Source of the DNA: Candidatus Brocadia sp.
GTDB taxonomy: Bacteria; Planctomycetota; Brocadiia; Brocadiales; Brocadiaceae
NCBI GenBank assembly: GCA_021650915.1
Contig: CP091279.1
Span: forward strand, 3,420,001 to 3,452,000
Reading direction: 5' to 3'
Length of the DNA stretch: 32,000 nt
Part shown: positions 24,524-32,000 of the stretch, piece after piece
Numbering within the stretch: the stretch's first letter is position 1
Layout of the letters: each line of letters opens with the position of its first letter
Program-made: the position numbers and the translations under genes
Notes under the pieces: generated by a model
Databases searched by the model: none
Seen by the model: only the letters and a program-made list of their open reading frames with translations
Told to the model about the DNA's origin: nothing

Positions 24524-25840
24524 CTATCTCCATACCGCTGTGGTCGGCACTTTGTAAAGACCATATCTCTCATATAACATGCTGTTTGTGTATCGCTTAA
24601 GCCCTGTCTTCCTGTCTCTGATTTTATGACGTCTGTACAGGTGTATCCGAAGCCGGAATTGAGCGTGTTCTCTTACTTGCTTGAGGACTCTGCTGCAATT
24701 GCGATAATGGAAGTATCCTGTCCATCCTATCAGTGCCGTATTCACCTCTTTGACTATCGCTTCAAACGGTAGAGGGGACCTGTTCCTGCTGGTAAGTGCC
24801 GTAATGTGGTCTTTTATCTTCTTGAGAGATTTCTTCGACGGCTGAACATGGGGATAACTCTTCCCCGTGCGCCAATTCTTCCTCTTTTGAAGTTCAAACC
24901 CAAGAAAGGTAAATCCCTCTTTCATGGCGTCTACTACACGGCTCTTTGCCTCGTTTAACGTCAGTCCCAGTTTGTCCAGCACCCGCTTTGTTATCGCCAT
25001 TGGCTGTTCAGTTCCTTGCCTGCACAGTACGACAAAGTCATCGGCAAAGCGTACTAATCTGGCTCCGAGTTTCTTCTCCAGTCGATGTCTCTCCCATATC
25101 CTGTCCAGGAGGTGCAGGTAGAGATTGGCTAGTAACGGTGAGATTACTCCTCCTTGAGGTGTGCCTTTCCGGTTCCCTTTACCTCCGCCGATGTTCCTTT
25201 GTTTTCCGTCTCTGCCTTTTTCTATGACCGGAGCCTTGAGCCACGTCTTTATCAGGTGCAGTATCTCACCGTCACTGATGCGCTCTGCTACCACAGCCAT
25301 AAGCTTGGCATGGGGGATGGTGTCAAAGTATTTGGACAGGTCGGCGTCTATGATTTCGGTATATCCCTTGTTGAGGGTATATGCTACGTCATCTACGGCA
25401 TCGTGGGCAGATTTCTTCGGCCTGAACCCGTATGAACATTCGCAGAAATCGGCTTCAAAAATGGGTTCTATGACCAGTTTTACGGCCATCTGCGCTACCC
25501 TGTCACGGATGGTGGGAATGCCTAACGGGCGTTCCGTTCCGTCCGTCTTGGGTATCATTACTCGTTTTACAGGGCTTGCTTGATAGGTCTTGCTCCTGAG
25601 TGCTTCTTGCAGTTCCGCCAGAAAGGCGGATACCCCTTCTCTTTCCTCGATGGCCTCGAAGGTTACGCCGTCTATCCCGGCGCTCCCTTTGTTGGCACGG
25701 ACAAGGGTGTAAGCATGACTGAGGATGTCTGCCCGGAATACCTTGTCATAGAGGGCGTAGAAGCGGTAGGTTGGTTCTTGCTTGGCCTTTCGGTATAGCT
25801 TCCTCTGTAGTATCCTGATCTTTTCCGGGGTTGTTAGCAT
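24524..25840 (-). CDS. Group II intron reverse transcriptase/maturase (no endonuclease domain)
   Basis: RT motifs are RPLGIPTIRDRVAQ, IDADLSKYFDTIPH, GTPQGGVISPLLANLYL and VRFADDFVVL. The maturase X domain is LIGWTGYFHY. The protein ends without an HNH region. Confidence 0.92.
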   Translation of the reverse strand: MLTTPEKIRILQRKLYRKAKQEPTYRFYALYDKVFRADILSHAYTLVRANKGSAGIDGVTFEAIEEREGVSAFLAELQEALRSKTYQASPVKRVMIPKTDGTERPLGIPTIRDRVAQMAVKLVIEPIFEADFCECSYGFRPKKSAHDAVDDVAYTLNKGYTEIIDADLSKYFDTIPHAKLMAVVAERISDGEILHLIKTWLKAPVIEKGRDGKQRNIGGGKGNRKGTPQGGVISPLLANLYLHLLDRIWERHRLEKKLGARLVRFADDFVVLCRQGTEQPMAITKRVLDKLGLTLNEAKSRVVDAMKEGFTFLGFELQKRKNWRTGKSYPHVQPSKKSLKKIKDHITALTSRNRSPLPFEAIVKEVNTALIGWTGYFHYRNCSRVLKQVREHAQFRLRIHLYRRHKIRDRKTGLKRYTNSMLYERYGLYKVPTTAVWR

Positions 25841-26353
25841 TTCTGCAATCTCCCTTTTCCTCTACTCGTCGGTTGCATGAACAAAGCAGGGTTCCTTTCC
25901 TCGAACAGGGTTTTGTTGTCCCTTGTCCTCAAACGGTATCATGAACCCCTCCGACTCCCTATACAGCCCGCTGTGATTTCGTTTCCTTATACAGAGCGGT
26001 TTATGCCCCTCAAACATTACTGCATAGGGTCTCCAGCACTGGTCTGTTTATCTTCCACTGCATGCCGCCCCTGCTACCCCGGAAGATATTACAGACTCCT
26101 TCCGTTGCCTGAGTCTGCAATCTTCGGCCTTCCCCACGTGTCCACGGGGTCGGCATCTTCAATTTGTATTGACGAGGCTACTTGTAGGTTCGCTTGCGCT
26201 GCGGCCTGCGGTTTTGCCAATTGGGAACTTACGACCCCTGATTGCTCAGACGCCGCTCCCTTGAACTACCGGGGTGAACGGATAATTCCCCGGACGGGAC
26301 TTTAACCCGTAAGAATAAACAAATGTTACTGCGTACGGACACCATACTTAATT

Positions 26354-26810
26354 TTAGAGATTCTTATTTTTCTTTTGAAGCGCCTTTGGGCCGGGTTTCT
26401 GCTTATTGAGCATTCTCCTAAGGACATCTTCAAGTCTGCCTATAAAACTGTTAGTGCCCAGAGGTCTCCCGGTTCGCTCGTGACATCGAAACTTTTCGAC
26501 TTCTTCATCTGATATGCCCCTGAAAAGAAAATCACTCCACTCGCCAAACATTTCAAACAACGGAGCTACATGCACAGGTCGATCATCTCGCACAGCAATA
26601 TGTGCAGATGCACTGCTCCATCGGTACTCCTGTGGTTTCTTAACCAAATTTGCCCTTACAGGATTCAGTTCAACATAGCGTGCGGCTACGTACAGATGGG
26701 TTTTGTCCATGGGAAAAGAGGCAAAATGTCCTTGCCATAGGTGTCCTCTCCAGCCTTCCCGGAAGTTAACGCGACGCGTGTGGCATCGATGCGCTTCGCC
26801 AATTGCCCGA
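26354..26810 (-). pseudogene. REP-associated/IS200-like Y1 (HUH) transposase, RAYT type (COG1943-like), C-terminal half only
   Basis: SRAIGEAHRCHTRRVNFREGWRGHLWQGHFASFPMD...AARYVELNPVRANLVKKPQEYRWSSASAH. The HUH-containing N-terminal half is missing. Homology stops exactly where the IS inverted repeat starts (26811). The first ~9 residues of ORF 26354-26839 are IS-derived. Confidence 0.75.
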
Positions 26811-26964
26811 CTAACCCGACATTCGCAATTCGCGCCCAAAAAAGTTTATTTTTGGGCAAGAGTCGCCTGGAAAGCCTTGAAATTCAAGGGGTGAATTTTC
26901 AAAACGGCTTGTAGTGCCGACCTACCCTCTTGACGCATGCAGGAGGAAGTGCGAAAATGCTCGC

Positions 26965-28963
26965 ATGTTTCTCCGGGAAAAGACATGAACGAAAGATGGG
27001 AAAACCCACCGGTATTGGAGTGTGGTAGAGAACCGCCGGGTTACCGGAAGAAGGGTGGTGCAGCGGCAGGTTCTCTCTTTGGGAGAACTCAATGACAATC
27101 AACGGGCTGGGTGGATTCGGACGATAGAGGCGATGTCGGGTAAAGAACCCAAGCCAAGACAACTGGCATTGTTTCCGGATGACCGGGAAGCCATGCCGAT
27201 ACCGGATGGTGAGACCGTTCGGGTGAAGTTGGACAAAATAGAGCTGCGCCATCCACGGGAGTGGGGAGCGAGCTGGTTGGGATTGTATGTATAGTATTAC
27301 TGTATAAAAACTTCTTTTTTCTGTGAGTTTTTTCACAAACCCCTTTCAGGAGGTACCGTTTTTTATGAGTGAAAGATTGCTTCGCTTCACTCGCAATGAC
27401 AACATGCAGTGTACCATCAAAGTGCATGGCCGGTGTCATTGCGAGGGCCTTTTCCGAAGCAATCTCCCCGCTTTCATAAAGGAAATTTGGTTGTGGCTGT
27501 GCCGCGCTATGGAATATGCTGGAACTGGACACATTCTGGAGGATGCGTCTGCCGTCAAGCCGGAAGGGGACAAGCTGGTTGAATATACTGAAGGCGCTTG
27601 TCTGTTACCGGTTGACCGATCCGGGAAGCGAATTTCGTTTTCACCGTGAGTGGTACGTGCGGAGCGCAATAGGTGATCTGCTGGGAGAGGATTATTCCTG
27701 GCGCAGAAGGACAAGGCGTATCGTTGTTTGGATTTGTTGCTTGAGCATCGGGACGAGTTGTTTGCCTATTTAAAGGAGAAGTGGGGAAAACTCTTTGGGG
27801 CGAAGTACGATGTGCTGCTGTATGATTTGACGAGTACGTATTTTGAGAGTGAACCGCCACCGGCTGGATCGGGGAGTAAGAAGCGGTTTGGATATAGCCG
27901 GGACAAACGTTCGGATTGCGTGCAGGTGGTAGTGGCGTTGGTGTTGACGCCGGAAGGATTTCCCGTAGCCTACGAAGTGTATCCGGGCAATACCAGAGAC
28001 ACCGCAACGCTGGAGGAATTTCTGGATCGGATTGAAAAGCAGTATGGGAAATTCCGGCGCACCTGGCTTATGGATCGCGGTATTCCAACGGAGGAGATGT
28101 TGGAAAAGATGCGTGAGCGCGGGATTGATTATTTGGTTGGGACTCCGAAGGGGCATTTGACGAGAGTAGAAAAACCGCTACTCGAACAAACCTGGATGCG
28201 GGCGAGGGAGAGCGTCCGCGTGAAAGTTCTTCGGCAGGAATCGGAGTTTTACGTTTACGTGGAAAGCCATGACCGGGTGTCTAAGGAGCGTGCCATGCGT
28301 AGGCGCAGACTCAGACGTTTGTGGATGGGCCTGCGCGAACTTCGCAATCGAAAAGCCCTCACGCGCGATGACCTGCTCATGCATATTGGCGCGTTAAAGA
28401 AAGAAGCCGGACGAGACTACAGACTGGTCACGATCTCCATTCCCAAACCGCAGGAACCGGTCAATGAGAATACGTTCCGGTTCAGTTTGGATCGGGAACG
28501 CCTGAGGCAGGCGTATCGGCGCGAGGGGCGTTATTTGCTTCGTTCCAACATGCAGGCCACCGCGCCAGAAACCGTCTGGGAAAATTATTTGCTGTTGACA
28601 CGGATAGAACAGGCATTTAAGGACTTGAAGGGGTCTCTTTCCGTCCGCCCCCTATGGCATCAATTGGAACGGAGAATTGAAGCCCATATCTTTGTTTCCT
28701 TTTTGGCTTTTTGTCTCCACACGACACTGCGCAATCTTGCGCGGGGGAGGGCCGGAGGGCTGACGTCTGAAGCGATTTTGGAAAAACTGTCGGGCATTCA
28801 AATGATAGACGTTCATTTACCGACCACGGATGGCCGTCATATTGTCATGAGCCGTTATACCCAGCCGGAGAAGGACGTTTTACTCCTTTTGGCGCAGTTG
28901 GGATTAACGCTTCCTGAACAACCGCCGCCCAAGGTTTACGCATCCGGACAGGTCGGCCTGTAG
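26965..28963 (+). pseudogene. IS1634/IS4-type DDE transposase with nonsense codon, repeat insertion and frameshift
   Basis: MFLREKT-TGA(26986)-TKDGKTHRYWSVVENRRVTGRRVVQRQVLSLGELND. The gene is interrupted at 27290-27510. It changes frame near 27690-27700 (..LLGEDYS to LAQKDKAYRCLDLLLEH..). Then come YDVLLYDLTSTYFE, WLMDRGI and LLTRIEQAFKDLK. Confidence 0.85.
27290..27510 (+). repeat. Family A repeat, long variant, inserted inside the IS1634-like transposase gene
   Basis: tatagtattactgtataaaaac...gattgcttcgcttcactcgcaatgaca...tgtcattgcgag...cgaagcaatc...ggttgtggctgtgccgcgctat. Excising exactly these 221 bp restores one reading frame, WLGLY-G-NMLELDTFW. Confidence 0.85.
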
Positions 28964-28976
28964 TGCCGACCTTTTT
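28951..28976 (+). terminator. Intrinsic terminator at the transposase stop codon
   Basis: ggtcggc-ctgtagt-gccgacc followed by ttttt. The TAG stop lies in the loop. Confidence 0.6.
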
Positions 28977-29572
28977 GCATGACCCCTTGATTTTCCTGGC
29001 TCAGAGGGTTGCATACCCCTCGAATTGCGAAAGTCGGGTTAGGGAATTTCTTTCCAAGACATAAGTCCTCCCCCGGTCATATGGATTACCCCTTTTCCCT
29101 TCGTGATGTATGCTCAAACGCATTATCCAGAGATGTTTTCACCAAATCGCTTGCATCATCTCCACCAAGGACACTGTCAGCACTTCACTGAGAAAGGGCA
29201 GTTGGCACGAACTAACACGCCATACTCATACACCCCAAAAGGTCGTCTGTATCTCGTAACTCCATCATACCCCTCACGGGAATACGCTATCCTTCTCCGC
29301 ATACGGATTACTCCGTTGTATACGCATAGGTACAAACTTCTCTACGAGGATTTAGTCTCGCAGAGGTGATATTTTCAACCACTCAGGTATTCCATACTTC
29401 AAGGCACGTCTTTTCTCACGTATCCAAGACGAACCTCAAGATTCACCGTCTGCATTCCCGAAACACCTTCTCCACCTTTGACAAGTCCTTGTGCCAATCG
29501 TGTACCAAATCGGTATCCGCCGATCGTCATTCCTCGGATCGGTCTTGATTACATAGGGTTTCCGTTCAAACA

Positions 29573-31435
29573 CTACGTAAGACCAGGGGGTGGTGATTGT
29601 TTCTGGGGTGTGACCTTGCCGTCAATAATTTTTCTCAGCTCTTCCCCCTCAACGACCTCTTTTTCCAGAAGAAGTTTTGCAAGGGTTTCTAAGCGGTCTT
29701 TATTTTCCGTAAGAATGCCTTTTACCCTGCTATACGTGTCGAATACAATCTTCTTGACCTCATTATCAATGTCTTTTGATACATCTTCGCTCAACTCGCG
29801 GCTCGTGCGATATCCGAGATCCAGAAATTGCGGTCTCCTGCCATTTTGAAAAGTCATGGGCCCAAGCTTTTCGCTCATGCCATATTCCCGAACCATGCTC
29901 ATAGCGATGTCCGTTGCCCGTTCCAGATCATTCTGCGCCCCGGTAGAGATCTCCTGAAATTTAATTTCTTCGGCCACACGACCACCGAGAAGCACCGCAA
30001 GCCGGTCTAATAATTCTGATCGCGTCAGTAAATACCGGTCCTCCGTAGGTAATTGCAGGGTATATCCAAGGGCGGAAATTCCGCGTGGAATGATTGAAAT
30101 TCTGTGGACTTTGTCAGCGCCTGGAACTGATTCTGCCACCAGTGCATGCCCCGATTCATGATAGGCAATAATCTCCTGTTCCTTCCGGCTCATAACCTTT
30201 TTTTTCTTCTCGAGTCCGGCAATCACCCGATTGATAGCTTCTTCAAGACTGTCCATTCCCACGGCATCTTTGCCTACGCGTGCGGCAAGCAGCGCAGCTT
30301 CATTAACTACATTCGCCAGGTCTGCGCCGACAAACCCAGGAGTCCGTGCGGCAACAATCTTTATATCGACGTCTTTTCCCAGTTTTATATTTTTGCAGTG
30401 CACCCTGAGTATCTCTTCGCGCCCTTTAATATCAGGTCTGTCGACCAGGATATGTCTGTCAAATCGTCCGGGCCTCAATAGTGCCGGATCCAGCACTTCC
30501 GGCCTGTTCGTCGCTGCCATGAGGATAACGCCTTTTCTTGTGTCAAATCCGTCCATTTCGACAAGAAGCTGATTCAGGGTGTTTTCTCGTTCTTCATGAC
30601 CACCCGATACCGGCGCTGCTGCCCTTACCTTTCCCAGGGCATCAATTTCATCAATAAAGATAATGCAAGGCGCCTTTTCCTGTGCCTGGGCAAACAGATC
30701 CCTTACCCGGGCGGCTCCTACCCCCACAAACATCTCGACAAACCCGGATCCGCTTATTGAAAAAAACGGCACCTTTGCTTCCCCGGCTACCGCCTTGGCA
30801 AGCAGGGTCTTGCCCGTGCCCGTGGGGCCGACCAGCAATACCCCTTTGGGAATCTTTCCTCCTAACCGCTGATATTTCTGCGGGTTTTGCAAATAATCGA
30901 TGACCTCTTTCAATTCTTCCTTGGCCTCATCGACACCAGCAACATCATTAAAGGTAACGCCGGTATCCTTGTCGATATACAGATTTGCCCGGCTCTTCCC
31001 AATGGCCATGAGTCCCGCCCCTGTCGCACCTCGTCTGACGCGCGCCATCAGAATGAAAAAGATAATCATGGGGAGAAACCAGAGTAAAAACAGGCTTTGA
31101 CTCCATCCGCCATTGGTGGTTGCAGAAAATCTTACCTTGTGTGCTATGAGTTCCTTAATCAGTTCCTGGTCTTCGATCTTTACCGTTGTTATCGTCTTTT
31201 TTATCTTCTGCCCTTCTTCTGGCTTTAAAATACCTTTGATTGTCGTGGGGCTCATAATCACTTCTTCCAGCCTGTTTTGCTGTATCAGAGCCTTAAAATC
31301 ACTGTAAGGAATCCTTTCAGTCGAGGAGAATGCGGCATATGCATTACGGTGCATGGCGAGAACCGTCAGAAATACGATGAATAGGAAAGAGATGCGCGCG
31401 AGGTGTCTTCTCTTCATTTTATTAATTTCTTTCAA
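29573..31435 (-). CDS. ftsH: ATP-dependent zinc metalloprotease FtsH, paralog 2 (complete)
   Basis: N-terminal TM segments, Walker A GPTGTGKT, Walker [33 protein letters not shown] and HESGHAL. The protein is 620 aa. Confidence 0.95.
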   Translation of the reverse strand: MKEINKMKRRHLARISFLFIVFLTVLAMHRNAYAAFSSTERIPYSDFKALIQQNRLEEVIMSPTTIKGILKPEEGQKIKKTITTVKIEDQELIKELIAHKVRFSATTNGGWSQSLFLLWFLPMIIFFILMARVRRGATGAGLMAIGKSRANLYIDKDTGVTFNDVAGVDEAKEELKEVIDYLQNPQKYQRLGGKIPKGVLLVGPTGTGKTLLAKAVAGEAKVPFFSISGSGFVEMFVGVGAARVRDLFAQAQEKAPCIIFIDEIDALGKVRAAAPVSGGHEERENTLNQLLVEMDGFDTRKGVILMAATNRPEVLDPALLRPGRFDRHILVDRPDIKGREEILRVHCKNIKLGKDVDIKIVAARTPGFVGADLANVVNEAALLAARVGKDAVGMDSLEEAINRVIAGLEKKKKVMSRKEQEIIAYHESGHALVAESVPGADKVHRISIIPRGISALGYTLQLPTEDRYLLTRSELLDRLAVLLGGRVAEEIKFQEISTGAQNDLERATDIAMSMVREYGMSEKLGPMTFQNGRRPQFLDLGYRTSRELSEDVSKDIDNEVKKIVFDTYSRVKGILTENKDRLETLAKLLLEKEVVEGEELRKIIDGKVTPQKQSPPPGLT

Positions 31436-31596
31436 CCATGCTTCTTCGAAAACAAAAAGTCGTATGACAAACGGCTACCATACCTTGATTAACTATAGCA
31501 AATTATACAAGCCATTCGCAACGCATAATTTATCAAGGTAGCAAGTAGATTTGAATATTATTTGCCATTTCGCATTTTAAATTTTACCAGTATAAT

Positions 31597-31698
31597 TATA
31601 GTATTACTGTATAAAATCTTTCTTTTTTTGCAATTTTTTTGACAACCCCCTTCACCCCCTTTGTTAAGGGGGAATTGGTTGCGGCTGTGCTGCGTTAT
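31597..31698 (+). repeat. Family A repeat, short variant
   Basis: tatagtattactgtataaaatctttctttttttgcaatttttttgacaaccc, then the tight hairpin ccccctt-tgtt-aaggggg, then aattggttgcggctgtgctgcgttat. It lies 161 nt upstream of the ftsH paralog 2 start. Confidence 0.75.
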
Positions 31699-31873
31699 GC
31701 AATTTCTTGCCAAACATATTTTACCCAATACCTGCGTAAACATTATGGACCAATATCATCCCTGTGGTCTTGCCCATAAATATCCGGAGATTAACCGGCG
31801 TATTAGTGATAAGGAATTTGAGGACGCCCTTCGCATAGGCCGTGAAGAAGGTATCAGCAGGTTGGCCGACTAA
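31697..31873 (+). pseudogene. 3' fragment (~58 codons) of a PflX-like (COG1313-type) radical SAM protein gene
   Basis: FLAKHILPNTCVNIMDQYHPCGLAHKYPEINRRISDKEFEDALRIGREEGISRLAD resembles the conserved C-terminus (VNIMxQYRP...EYPElNRRit.eEy) of that family, from memory. The upstream sequence is replaced by the repeat. Confidence 0.5.
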
Positions 31874-31955
31874 GGGATTACAGGTAATACAATGGGTAGA
31901 ATTTCGATAGTAAAGGGTGTAATGGATACGTTTGTTTGCCTGTGTCTGATGTAAT

Positions 31956-32000
31956 ATGAAAGATTGGTATGATCTCATTGTTGTTGGTGGTGGTCCTGCA
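31956..32000 (+). CDS. Start of an FAD/NAD(P)-binding oxidoreductase (15 codons, runs off the right edge)
   Basis: ATG 31956 opens MKDWYDLIVVGGGPA, a dinucleotide-binding GxGxxG/A N-terminus. It is not in the ORF track. Confidence 0.4.
   Translation, partial: MKDWYDLIVVGGGPA

Larger units (their letters stand above)
24370..26342 (-). mobile_element. Group II intron (full length; both boundaries approximate)
   Basis: An RT/maturase ORF lies in domain IV. Canonical domain V is downstream. About 490 nt of structured, ORF-poor RNA lies upstream of the ORF. The candidate 5' end is GTGTCC/GTACGC at 26342/26336. The 3' end was not resolved by eye. Confidence 0.8.
26811..29042 (+). mobile_element. 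IS1634-family-like insertion sequence (degraded)
   Basis: The terminal inverted repeats are ctaacccgacattcgcaattcg (26811-26832) and the reverse complement of cgaattgcgaaagtcgggttag (29021-29042), matching at 21 of 22 positions. A second subterminal block, ggaaa..tcaaggggt, occurs at both ends. No flanking direct repeat was seen. Confidence 0.75.

Noticed and set aside
25877-26305. Plus-strand ORF of 142 aa, and other plus-strand ORFs at 24383-25798
   Set aside because: They lie antisense to the group II intron ribozyme domains and the RT gene, and carry no independent coding signal.
26899-28384. Minus-strand ORFs 26899-27336, 27436-27714, 27555-28007, 27770-28156 and 28178-28384
   Set aside because: They are antisense to the IS1634-like transposase frames, which carry clear family motifs, and are probably shadows in a GC-richer segment.
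26906-28977. Shared motif tgtag(t/c)gccgacc at 26908-26921, at 28960-28973 and (as reverse complement) at 18904-18917, considered as a third dispersed repeat
   Set aside because: It is only about 14 nt. The copy at 28951-28976 is fully explained as an intrinsic terminator stem-loop. The similarity may simply reflect a common GC-rich hairpin, and the evidence is insufficient.
29043-29572. Missing N-terminal (HUH) half of the RAYT gene expected beyond the right end of the IS1634-like element
   Set aside because: I translated the minus strand in all three frames. No HxH/NHVH-type motif or RAYT-like sequence appeared, only short stop-ridden ORFs. The region stays unassigned.

Overview
This 32-kb window is about 40% GC by eye and compositionally mosaic. 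No taxon can be assigned from the sequence alone. Both ends carry ftsH paralogs on the minus strand: 1-1355 is partial and missing from the ORF track, and 29573-31435 is complete. Three blocks lie between them. (i) 1.4-3.8 kb holds a mosaic of structured intergenic repeats, a degraded tyrosine-recombinase gene and tRNA-Val(CAC). (ii) 3.9-20.5 kb is one minus-strand, tightly overlapping glycan-biosynthesis locus of the ABC-transporter (Wzm/Wzt) type. It has 7 glycosyltransferase domains, 6 putative SAM-methyltransferase domains, a DegT aminotransferase and an SDR epimerase/dehydratase. A HEPN/nucleotidyltransferase pair splits wzm from wzt. (iii) 20.5-29.6 kb is a mobile-element graveyard. It contains a tandem LamG-domain gene truncated by an IS630 element with a TA duplication, a vapBC pair, and a full-length group II intron with an endonuclease-less RT. 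It also contains a RAYT-type (COG1943) Y1 transposase remnant cut exactly at the inverted repeat of an IS1634-like element. That IS's transposase carries three lesions. The most interesting signal is a modular, hairpin-rich repeat family (family A) with at least 7 copies. It has constant arms and variable central cargo. One copy precisely interrupts the IS1634-like transposase, which argues for mobility with no obvious target duplication. One copy hosts a nested 327-bp hairpin-ended insertion, and copies sit upstream of both ftsH genes. Secondary leads are the methylation-rich glycan locus with a fused and a split version of the same GT-A plus methyltransferase module, and a sharp GC junction inside wzt at the boundary between the nucleotide-binding domain and the C-terminal domain. 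All family names are assigned from motifs read by eye. No database search was run.
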